DNA of 64,000 nt. Source: Amphiscolops sp. MND2022 (taxonomy: Eukaryota). The stretch is from the NCBI GenBank assembly GCA_964187785.1, contig OZ076409.1, positions 36,458,001-36,522,000 of the forward strand. Direction: 5' to 3'. The notes beneath the pieces were generated by a model that worked only from the letters and a program-made list of their open reading frames with translations, was not told the DNA's origin and did no database searches. Both the position numbers and the translations under genes were made by a program. This document shows, in pieces, positions 26,395-38,200 of the stretch. Every line of letters starts with the position of its first letter. Within the stretch, counting starts at the first letter, position 1.

Positions 26395-27106
26395 AACAAG
26401 CCAGGAACCGTCCAAGTCGGCGCCCCGCTCAAGGAACAAAAGTGTACCAGGTGGACGTTGTTTTAGTGTCACTTGTTGAAAAAAGATATTTCGAAAATCG
26501 GAAAAGTTTTATAGTACTGAAACGCTGACCCCAAAGCTTTACATTGGACGCAAAGTTTGTGAATTTTTGGGGAAAACATATGAGAAATGGAAACGTTATA
26601 TCCAAACTTTGGAAACGTTACATCCGAACTTTGAAAATGTTTTATCCGAATTTAAGTACATGTTAGATGTTATATGAGAAATTTATCACTCAGCACTTTA
26701 TACAGCTTTGAAAAATTCTCCAAGAAACGTTATATTCGGTATACGTTATATCCGGGATTCGCCATATCCGGTTTGCGTTAAATCCGGTATTTGTTGTGTC
26801 GTTACATCCGGTATACGTTATATCGGGTATTCTTTATATCCACTTTGCGTTAATTCGGGTTTGCGCCAAGAACTCCAAAAGGGGACCCTTTTGTAACATT
26901 AAAAATTTCTCCAGGAAATATATCCGGTATACCTAATTTTCAGACTTCGTTATATCCGGTTTGCGTTGAATCCGGTATGGGTTGTTATTGACGAAGGGGA
27001 CTCCCTAGCAGTTTTTACAGCTCAAATGTAGTATAAAATCTGTCACTTGGTCGGTCTTGAAAAAAGCGTTTTTATAGTCAGCTCTTTCTACGAAAGCGCC
27101 GACTAA
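26395..27106 (-). mobile_element. Helitron2-type element (subfamily 2) with cgttatatccg minisatellite core
   Basis: aacaagccaggaaccgtccaagtcggcgccccgctcaag end, repeated cgttatatccg units at 26590-26980, atagtcagctctttctacgaaagcgccgactaa end. Confidence 0.75.
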
Positions 27107-28368
27107 AAATAGGATTTGGGGAAGAACAAAAGTTTACTAAAAGGTTATCGAAATCAGTCGAATGGGCGCCCAATTGTTTTCGATGAAGGCTCACATTTGC
27201 TGAAGAGATCATACAATATGCTGGAGAAAAAGTCAAAAATGTCAAACATTCAATAGCCAGCCTCATGATCTCTTGCAGAGAGCGAATGGTCGCACACAAT
27301 AAGTAAAGTCGACGTTAATGAACAACTGGACGAAAAAAATCCTTTTTACACGAAAAAACATTATAAAACGAGTAGGAATGCAAACCCTCCCGGCAAGCGA
27401 GAGCAACACACTAGCCCTGGCTTTTGATTTTCAATATTTCGTTTGCCAAGTTTTCATTAGCTATCCTTTTTCTTATATTGAACTGCTGCTAAAACTAACC
27501 TGATGAAATTAGAAATGCTCATCACAGAATTTTTCGAGCCTTGTTTTTCATACGAAAATTCAAGTCATTAAGCGACATGTGGTGATGAGACGAAAATCTA
27601 GACTTTTTGAAATGTTTATCAGATGACATTGATCAACGAGATATTCCAACAGATTAGATTAGAGTCTCCTGTTCAGTTCTCACCTTTGCGTGTATGCAAA
27701 GAGTCTCATTTACCAAATCGTAGTTGCGCAAGAGAAAAATGTGCCATGGAGAGATTCTATGTTAGTGGTCAAGCGTAGATGTGAAGATTCTCCTACTACT
27801 AATTGTGGAATTCGGATTTCATAGCGCAAAACTTTGATTACTAAAACTGAAATCAAGTCAATGTTTGACAATATTATTTCGGTGTGTGTACGTGGTAGGA
27901 GAGAGGTGTTATCGTTGTTATTTGGGTAATGGCTATACTCGAGTTGAGAATGATCATGCCAAAATCAGTGAACTAAGTTTAAGTTGTGTAGAATCAAATA
28001 GAAAATGAGATTTCTTTTTTGTCCATCCCCTTTCCGGGTTGTCAGGGGCCACGGCTTGACGAGCAGTCTGTGCTTTTCCTTTCCTCTTTTTATATATGCT
28101 ATCACAGTTACTTTCAGTTTCTGTAATTTGTATTTCAAATTAACAGTCCTGTTCTGATTAACGTTTCGGGCCAAAGTTACGATAACATCAGAAATTGCTG
28201 AGAAGTTATTCGGCAAAGATTCGATAACTATGTTTCCTCTATTCGATCTATTGATTCCTTTTGAGTTTTGTGGAAGTCAAGCTAGTTTATTGGTGCCATT
28301 TTGTTTGTTTGGAATCTTACTTTTTGACATTTCGTGTTGCTTTTTTATGGTCGCAAGAATGTAATTTA

Positions 28369-28723
28369 TGTTATTTTAAACGAATGACTTGAAGATTCTA
28401 CTGTTTCTTATTGTCGCTAGAATGATATTTAAGTTGCACAACTTAAATATCATTCTAGCGACAATAAGAAACAATAGAATCTTCAAGTCATTCGTTTAAA
28501 ATAACAATTTCCTAATTTCATTTAGTAGCAGAGCCGTAAGTTTCTCAACCAACAACTTGAATACCGAAAAGTCAACTGATAACTCGAATACACGAATGAC
28601 TCGAAGATTATAGTCACTGCTAGTTTACCCATTGTTTTTGGAGTTTTCAGTTGACTTTTCGGTATTCAAGTTGTTGTTGGTCGAGAAACATACGGCTCTG
28701 CTACTAAATGAAATTAGGAAATT
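28369..28723. repeat. Two abutting long inverted repeats (28369-28506 and 28506-28723)
   Basis: First: 68-bp arms, 2-nt loop, one mismatch. Second: ~80-bp arms with a few mismatches and a 3-nt indel, around a ~55-nt spacer. Confidence 0.95.
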
Positions 28724-28936
28724 ATGCCTTAAAATTTCGACGTAATCCTCCAAATGTTGCAGTTTTTATAGCTGTTATCGTGGTTGTACAGAATGTGGTT
28801 GTAGCGAAAAGGCATAAAATGCAAAATGAAGAAGCAAAATATTTTCGCAAATTGTGAAAGCAAGAAGCGTGTAAATTATAACACTTGTCCTTGTTAATCC
28901 CCTAATTAGTTTGTTTTCGGAGCTAGTTATCAGTTT

Positions 28937-29453
28937 TTAGTCGGCGCTTTTATAAATAAAAGAGCCCGACTATTACAGTCATTCGTTTTTTTTCTTTAAG
29001 ACAGACTCGAAGCGACGAACGTTAAAATTAACGTTCAACTACCAACTACTAAATACAGTACTAAACTACTGGACCGGCAAAGGCAAACGGGGAGCGCATT
29101 TAGGATAGTGCAAAGGGTCCCCCCTTTCAGTTACTCCATTTTTATCGTAAGACAAAACAGGACGAGACTATAGGGTTTGAGTTTTTTTCGGCACTGTGCG
29201 ACTTTTTTCGAATTTTTTTTGTCTCCGAAGGGTCCCCCTTCAATTTTTTTGATATTTTACAGCAAATTGAAGTTTCAAAAAGCCCAAAGGGTCTCCCCTT
29301 TCAAGTTTTTCGGCACTATGAGACTGGCTCAAAATTCTTTTTCGATTTTCCTTTTTTCAGAAAACCCAAAGGGTCCCCCCTTTTACAATTTCAAAAAGTT
29401 TGAGCTTTTTGAGCCTTAGATATGGCGCCGACTTTAGACGTTCCCGTCTTGTT
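28937..29453 (+). mobile_element. Helitron2-type element
   Basis: 5' ttagtcggcgcttttataaataaaagagcccgact hairpin, 3' ggcgccgactttagacgttcccgtcttgtt. Confidence 0.85.
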
Positions 29454-29811
29454 CTGTATCAAGCGTTCTAAGTCATCCGTAAATAAGAGACGAAATATGA
29501 AAAAGAAACTGTGACGAAAAAATAGACCATTAGATTTTGAGAAATACAGAACTGAAATTGTGTGTTTGTGGATACGTGGAAAATATTACTCTACAACCAA
29601 GCTCCGTAAGGTGCATTTTCGAAATGAGATAATGTGTATTTTTCAAACTGACTTTAGACGAAACATGAAACATGCGACGAGCACCTGTGGTATGAAACAA
29701 ACGATTTTATGTTATAATCTGCTCAAATAGACAGAGAATTGATCATAATTCTTAATCAATTTTTCAGGGATCATGTTTTGAGAATGTTTTTGATATTGTG
29801 ACTTCAAATGA

Positions 29812-30013
29812 ATGGATTATGAACCAAAGAGCGAAGCTGCTACTGACGAGGAAGCAACAGAGAGCGACATTGGCATCGATGACGTCACAGGAATGGGGTT
29901 GTTGGGGGATGCCCGAGGATCTAATCCGGATGTAGCAACAGGCACGCAGACATTCGAGTTACCAATAAGCGGGGCGGTAGTTTGTGCTAATAGAAGAATA
30001 CGGCTTGAGTTTG
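29812..30013 (+). CDS. Candidate first coding exon of the SNAPC3 gene (acidic N-terminus)
   Basis: ATG at 29812, open for 202 nt to a phase-1 g|gtacat donor, matching the phase-1 acceptor at 32217. No recognisable homology, and the opposite strand is also open. Confidence 0.3.
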
Positions 30014-30326
30014 GTACATTTTTTGATTTCCCGGTAGAACCGGCTTTAGTAAAATTATCTGGAAAACCTAGTTTTTTGTGATACATTTTGATAGATTTAC
30101 TTTACTACTTCTTCGGAATCAAATCATACTTCTGAAACCGGGCCGATTTCGCAGTTTTAGAAATATTAATTAATAATAGTCCAATAATAGTTCGAATATC
30201 TGCGTTGCTTGCCCAGAAGTAACATCGGCTGTGAAGATGGGATTCTACTCTGAATACAAGTGGATAGGGCCTGTTGTCGAGATCGGGAGTTGGCGAGATG
30301 AGAACTTCATGCATCTAGGTTAGTTC

Positions 30327-30777
30327 CAAGGTTGCGATTTAAACATGTTTTTTTTTCGTTTTATACAGTTTTATTTTCGAAAAATGCATGTTTTTTTTGT
30401 TTTTTATTGTTTTTTTTCAAAGAAATGCAAAATAACTGCACACAGCCGGTAAAAGAGACTAAGCAAACTGCAAAATCCCTTCAGGAAAGCCCATACGTAA
30501 TCCCAGCTTCCACCATGAGGTTGTAGATGCCTCTTTAAAATTTTCAGAAACACTTGGCACAAAGGGATCTTCTTTTGCTAAAACTTTCATGACATCAGGC
30601 ATGATATCGGCCTTACAGTGTCGAATATATTCAAGGCCCTTTACGTTTTCAGATGAAGAAAGAGAAACTGTAGTGAAAAAAAAAACAAAATAAAAAACAT
30701 CGTTTTTTTTCAATACTGTTTAAAACATGTTTTTTATCCCTTGTTTAAAACACCTGTTTAAAACAATGCCAACCTTG
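30327..30777 (-). mobile_element. Non-autonomous hAT element (internal-deletion derivative) retaining a transposase-like fragment
   Basis: CAAGGTTG/CAACCTTG TIRs, exact 8-bp TSD GTTAGTTC (30319-30326, 30778-30785), subterminal tgtttaaaaca repeats. The internal - strand peptide ...TTSWWKLGLRMGFPEGILQFA resembles the start of the hAT C-terminal dimerisation region. Confidence 0.85.
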
Positions 30778-32216
30778 GTTAGTTCCTCTTTTTATGTCTG
30801 TTTAGCATTATCAATTTATGAACATAACGAGAACGTCTCAATTCGATGCCCCACCTGAAGCCTAAAAAGCGCTGAACTTTTCATAAATACCAAAAATTTC
30901 GTCCCTGGAAGCATCAGAAAATCAAAAGGATGATCTTTCTGTCTAGTTTGGCTTCTTAATTCACGTAGAAATATTAGCCAGCCAAAGGGGAAACCCCTTT
31001 GGATGCTTTCAATATATGATAGAAAATGTATAACTTTTGGAGGAACTACGAGGGGATTGAAAAAACTGAAGAAAAGCCGATTATAATAGTCGGCTCTATA
31101 TTTCATATAGCGTCGACTAAAAGTTGTGAACGTGATATATTGGGGCTAAAGTGTTATCCGAAAATTCGTGAACTACATTCGTGGCCGTTGTCGTAAATAA
31201 TCCCGTTAACACGTGCAAAGCGAATGTTTCATGGAAAATCCGGTTGCAAAAAGTTCGAATTTTTTGACATGTTATAAAAATATTTTAATGTCTTCAACTA
31301 CAAGCTGTGCAAAATACCTTGTTTTACGACCGTGTCTGTCTAACTATATCGATATTGTCTCGAAAAGTTGTGATATGGCACTATTTTATGGAAGTAACAA
31401 TCATCTGGTCCATGATGCTTGAAGCAACGAAATCTCAAGAGCAACGTTATCTATTTCAAATCAAATAGAATCAGACCACCCCCACAGGTTGCGCGAGACA
31501 AAACATTTATACTGAAGACTGAGATTGGAAAATTACTTTCCTTTGTTCTTGAATAACGATGTGAAGAATCGCGTTCACTCTTGAACGCAAATCAGTTTCT
31601 TATTCGTTTGAGTTCTAAAGAACAATAGAACTTTACCCTGTCATGCCCCACCCCTGTGTCTTCAGAAGAAGTTAGTTTTCATTCTCCCGTTCAAATGTGC
31701 TCCAAGTCACGTTCCAAATTTTTGCTCTATTGTCGACCTACTGGTATTACGTTTTTGAAGAAAATCGCCTGCTGTGTTTGTGTGCCTAATTGTTTGAATG
31801 AGCGAAGGATCAATTCAATACCATTGCTTATATAGCAATTCCGTAAGAAGAGAGACCCTTCTCATCAATGATTATCTTTTTAGTCCGCGCTTTTTAGAAA
31901 GTGCAGATTATAGTGGTGACTTTTTTGAGACCACTCGAACTGGCAAATTTTTACTGTTTCTGTAGAGCTTGACCCAATTTTGCTAACTTTTCTGGATTAA
32001 AATTGTTAACACGAAAGTGCAAGATGCTTCTTATTGGTAGTGGAATTGATGGAAATCTTGGTTCGACTCTTATCGCATATTCTAAGAATGCGCAAGCGTC
32101 TATCCTATAGTTTGGTCTGGGACCAAATGATTCTTTGGTTCATGTATTCTACCTGTTACTTCATCTCCTGTCTTGAAAAGTGGCTTGAAAACATCTTAAC
32201 CTCCTCTCCGTTTCAG

Positions 32217-35200
32217 GCGACGAGTACATGGATTCCTCGCTGCCCAAACTAGACGCTTGTATGATATCACATGCCCTGCAGATCAACGCAGCCATAGCGG
32301 AGGAACTCGTGGTTGTGTGCAGTCCTAAGCAGCTCCAGTGTGACTCCCTGCCCAAGTTCCAGGCTGATAAATTGAACAGTGAGGCAAAAGTGAAGGAGCT
32401 AGAATCTGTTCTCTGCGGGAGTGGCAGCCAGTTGAACACTTTGAAAATGCGCAAACTTCGACTGATGAAGAGTAAGTTCTGAATATTTTGGCCTGAAACT
32501 ATTGATTGTTTGAAGATCTTCTGATTTTAATATTTTATCTGCTTTTTATTTTCTTCAGCACGTTTTCAAGATCGTATCAAAAAACGGAACATGACGTTTT
32601 AAAAGGTGTCCGGACATTACGCCCAAGGACATTAAGCCCAATAATTATACATACAAAAATCTTTCAAATTATTGGGCGTAATGTCCGCTTTGGCTGTAAT
32701 GTCCTTGGGCGTATTGTCCTCGAGCGTAAAGTTCTGGAACCGTTTTAAAAACAACATGCAAGTGTTCGTGTTGCAGTATGGATTAATTTTTTATCATTAT
32801 GATGATACTGCACATAACGTATTAAATTAACTTTTCACCATTGTGATTATAATGTATATAAAGTATATACCCATTAGCTAAGGTCATGGGCGGTTCAATT
32901 GTAAGAGGTTCCATGTATAAGTTTAAGTTTCCTTGTTGTGATTGCAGATCAAACTTTGACGAAAGATGATGACTTTACAACTAGTAAATTCTTCAACACT
33001 ATTTCCAAAGACAGCATCACGAAGAAAGCTAAACCGGCCAAGACCAAACCGGTTTTCAGCAAAATCAAGTCTCCCGAGGCTGTGTTGACTATCGTGATCA
33101 TGAGAGTCGACTGTCCACATCCTGACACTTTCAGATGCAAAGTCTCACACGAGATGGAGGTAAACTTCTTTTGATACGCGCTGCAGACGATTCGCGTCTC
33201 ATTTAGAGGAATCACACAAATTATAGAAATCCAGAAGCAGAAAGTGTATACAAAAGTGTTCAATGAATTTTAGTCTTCAGCTATTAGATGGCCATCTTAA
33301 ACAGTCCTTTTTTACGATTTTTCAAAATGAAGTAACCTAACGATTGCTGTTTCCACGTAACCTCTTTTCTTCGAACTGTCTTCAATTATCAAGTGAAAGC
33401 AATGATTTTCACCGATGATGGTTTTAAAGTTGGTTTTAAACCAATGTTTTTAAAATGTATTGAAGTTGTTTCCATCTTACATCCATTTGATAAAGTCTTA
33501 AACAATACAACTTTATCGTATTTACGTTTTGAAAAAAGGCGAGTAGTCAAGGATGGAGGAAGAAGAAAAAAGTTCTCATTCTGCTTTTTCCATTCACAGG
33601 TACTTAGTGGCCAAAAACTTTCGGAGTTTCGAGACAAATTTCCGTGCTCATTAGAGAAAACGTGTTACGGTGAGTTCAGTGCCCGGCCAGACAGTCACTT
33701 GAGAGCACCCACTTATCGCTATAAGTTTCCCAGTGGCTGCTTTTTCATCGAGGGGATCTTCTACGATGACCTCAGGGAACCGGGGGCAGTGAGACTGAGT
33801 GACACCATCGTCAGGTTGGTACCATTAACATTCTCCTGTCCGGGGCGGGATAATTGTCTACTAGCTTAAGATACCACAACATGATGCAATTTGCACCTTC
33901 GAAATCATTTTTACAGCAACAAGCGTGTTCATGAACTTATTGACCTTTGTTTTTCTCTGGAAAATTGGATTGTATTTCTGTATCACAATTGAATGTTATG
34001 AAAGAGCGAAATATGAAATAACAAATTACTTTCCTTTCCCTTGTGATGGAAACTTTGAAGGGCTTCTTCGCTTACGAGGAATATAAATGTGCATATAGGA
34101 ACCGCTCATTTTTGTGTGACATTCTTGACTTGATGAAAGTATAAAAAATTGATTCCTCGAATTTGAATCAAAGCAAACATTTGAGAAAGATGCTAGCTCC
34201 ATAAAAGGTTTGTCACAAATATGAGCCCTTTTGGACACCGTAAAATGAGACTTGATTGAGTCTGGATTTTTCATCACGTTAATTGCATGGATTAATTTAC
34301 ATGATGGGGTGGAACTGATGAATATTCAGGTGGGCTTCCGAGCGAGACAGAGGCTGGAGTGGATTCAAACAGTGCGAGACACCCATGCATCTTGTGTCTT
34401 TTGAGGACCTCAAGGTACAACTGGGAAAACCCTATTTACTAATGCATCAAGGTGGGTTCATTTACATACTGCTGTCAATTTAAAAATTATCCTTTTCATT
34501 TTATCTTTTCACGCCTCTTGTCTATGCTGATGAAAAAATTAACTCTCTTTATGAGACTTTTGTATGAGCTTGACCGCTTCGGAATAACAATTTTTGGTGA
34601 TTTGTGATATGAAGGCAACAAAACGTTTCGTATTAATAATCAAAAAGACGGGAACGTCTCAAGTTTTTGAAATATACTCAAGACTTTTTGTACGAACGAC
34701 ACAAAAAAATGTCGAAACACCCAAAGGGTGCCGTTCGTGCTCGGAAACGTTACAAGAGTTCGGCTATAGCGTAATGGGCCCCATGGGAGCGCTTGGTTTT
34801 GAACTTCTACCTCCTGTTTAGTGGAACGCAAGTTAATTCGGTTATAACCTCAAAATTTTGGATAGTAATGAAAAAAAATTCGGTGGAAACATATCGAGAA
34901 AACCTAATTTAAGAGGATCAAGCCAGTAACGACCCAAGTCAACGCCATATCTAAGGCTCAAAAATTGTAAGAGGACTTCAAAGTGTCAAAGTATTCTCTT
35001 CTACAGTACCCGAAAAACCCAAAAGTTTGACCGAAAGCTGGCGCGCTAAAAGGGACCCTCTGGGATTTTTCAAAATTTGTCGCAAAACATCAACAAAATT
35101 GAAAAGGGACCCTTCTGTGAAAAAATTTCCGAAAAAAGTCCCACAATGCCAAAAAAATTTAAAAGGGGGACCCTTTGGGATTTTTCAACATCCATTCTGT

Positions 35201-38200
35201 CGCAAAGCTCCAAAAAAATTGAAAGGGGGACCCTGTGGGGAAAAACTTTTCCGAAAATTTTCTCGCAGGGCCGAAAAACTGAAATGGGGACCCTTTGGTC
35301 TCGTCCGGTATTGTATGTTATGCTAAAAAAGGAACAACTCTCCTAGTCTAGTTCCCTGGGCCAAAAGGTACAATTTGGCGCCTTACAATTTTGTAGAACT
35401 TTTGGTAGAACTATTTTGGTCACTTCAGGTGTATCGAAAAACAAGCCGGGACCGGCCCAAGTCGGCGCCATATCCAAGGCTCAAAAATAGCAAAAGGACT
35501 TCCAAGAGTCAATTTACAGTACTCGAAAATCGAAAAAGCAAAAAAATGGACCGAGTGGCGCGCTGGGGCCCGCTAGCGCGAGCCCCTGGCGCGCTAAAAG
35601 GGGGACACTTCCGAAATTGTCAACATTTTTGTCGCAGTTGAAGGGGGACCCTTTGGAGAAAAAAATTTTCGAAAAAAGAGTCTCACAATGCCGAAAAACT
35701 GAAAGGGGGACCTTTTGGGGTTTTTCAACATCAATTCTGTCGCAAAACATCAAAAAATTGAAGGGGGGAAATTTTTATTTTCGGAAAAAATCTCAGTGCC
35801 GAAAAAAACTGAAAGGGGGGACCCTTTGGGATTTTCCAACATCCATTCTGACGCAAAACAGCAAAAAAATTAAAGGGGGCCTTTTGGGGAAAATTTTTTC
35901 CGAAAAAAAGGCTCGCAGTGCCGAAAAAAATTGAAAGGGGGGACCCTTTGGTCAAGCCCGGTATGGTATGTTACGCGGAAAAACAGGAAAAACCTTTTTG
36001 GTTCAGTTTGCTAGGCCAAATGGTGCAATTTGGTGCACTAATTTTTCGTAGAACTTTCAAGAACTATTTTGGTCAGTTCGTGTGGATAGAAAAAAAGTCA
36101 CTATAATAGTCGCGTTTCACTCCATGAAGCGCCGACTAAAAACACTGACGGAAAGATATGACTATAGTCGATTCTTAAGAAATGTGCCGACTAAAAATGA
36201 GAATTTTGAAACAGTCGCATAGTCCTGAAAAATGAAGGGGGGACTCTTTGCACTAACTTACATGCATTTCCGAGCTATTCGTTTAGTTTATAATAATTTA
36301 GAATTTCGTCGCATTCGCGCCTAACTTAAAAAAAAACAACAAAAACAAGACGGAAACGTCTAAAGCCGGCGCTATCTCTAAGGCTCAAAAGCGCAGTTTT
36401 TGAAATATGTGTAGGACGTTTTCTTGGGTACCTCCTGTTTCCGAACCTCCGCCTCCTCCTTACTAAAACGCAATATAGTTCGGATATAGCGTCAAAAGTT
36501 CGAATATAGCGCTTTAATCCGGATAATATGAGGGGGACTTCAATAAAATCTAAGGGTGCACTTTGGAGACAAAAAAAATCGAAAATTGAAAGGGGGGTCT
36601 TCAGTTTCGTCCGGTTTTGTATGTTACGTTTAAAAAGTAAAAATGAAAGGGCGACCCTTTGCAATAACTTAGATGTCTTTCCCAGATATTCGTTTAGTGG
36701 AACAAACTGAACAAATTTCGTCGCATTCGAGACTGTCTTGGAGAAAAAACGAATGACTGTAATAGTCGAGGTCCTTTATCCTAAAAGCGCCGACTAAAAA
36801 CGAGTGAATGTATTGATCGGGCTCTTTTTATTCTACCTTATTTGTTCGACCTTGAATAATCCCAGAACGGCATTTATCAGAAGAGCTCACCTCTGAAGTC
36901 TCATCCCGTGTTTTCTTCCCAATACTTCTGCTGTCGTGCTCTTCTTGCTTTTCCCTTTACTTCGGTATCTCCTCTGCTTGCTTTTTTTCTTCTGATATAC
37001 CCATATTTATTGTTCTGACTTCTTCTACCGGAGTAACTGAAGTAGCTTCTCCGAGTACGTCGTTTCTGACTCTGTCTCTCTGCGTTCTTTCAGTTAATCA
37101 TTCTGAGCATCTTCTTTTTGACTGTGGCAAATTTCTGAGTATCGGATTTTTTTCATAGCAAGACATTCGCTTCAATTCACCATGACTGGTTGAATGACCA
37201 ATCTACCCAAGTTGTTTTGTAGCTTCAAAGGCATCCTTGGGTCATAAAAGGACCCTTTTTAGGCGTCTCCAGTTTTTCCAGCTGCAAGAAATTTCGTGTT
37301 GGACTTCTTTTCGGCGGTGTTGTCAGCGCTCACATAAAACCCCACATATTTGAAGTTTTCAATTCGTTTTAATGTCTTTACTTTTCTTTTGCGTCCGTTT
37401 CTGCCGGAGAATTTTTCATGTGCTATGTTTTGGCGGGGTTCACATTCAAGCCATTCCTTTCCAAGGCAGCCAGGCATCTAGCTTCTTCTGTAGACTGGTG
37501 AATCTGTGTCTGTAACATCTAGGTCGCCCGTATACAACATCCCAAGTTTGGTCCCTGTGTAAAATTTCCGTTATTACGTCCAGGCAATATTCTAAAAAGG
37601 GGCAATGTTCTAAGCACTTGTGAAGTCGAACCATCGTTGAGGAGTCTGGTGCCTCGTCTGCTTCCAACTGCTCTTTCACTTCGTCTGTACAAGTCTTGCA
37701 GATTGTGAATGTACACATCTGGCACCTTCCTCCTCCGCAAACAGTACCGGACCAGATTCCTCGTGACGGTGTCGTAAGTTTTTTCTAGGTCAACGGAAAC
37801 CGCTTTCTGTTCTTTTTCCTTCTTCTGTAGCTTTTGCATTGGAATTCTGAGGTTGAAAATGGCATCAGTAGTCCCTCTACCTCTTCGGAATCCAAACTGC
37901 TTGTCATGATCGTCTACTGCGTGTCTCAGTCGGCTCTCGATTTTTCTTTTGCATAGTTTTAAACAAGCCGGGACCGGCCCAAGTCGGCGCCATATCCAAG
38001 GCTCAAAAATAGCAAAAAGACTTCCAAGTGTCAAGTATTCGTTTACAGTAGTCGAAACTCGAAAATTTTTCGAAAATTTTTTTTTTGAAAAAATTACATA
38101 CTAAAAAAATGGACCGAGTGGCGCGCCGGGGCTCGCTACCGCGAGCCCCTGGCGCGCTAACGTCTCACAATGCCGAAAAACTGAAAAGGGGGACCCTTTG

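Noticed and set aside
35027..36106. Many ORFs such as MSQNIKKLKGG...KGGTLWDF (also at 3137-3576, 7873-8563, 21975-22493, 38232-38616)
   Set aside because: Translations of the Helitron2-type central repeats; frames differ between copies because of homopolymer indels, so they are not genes.
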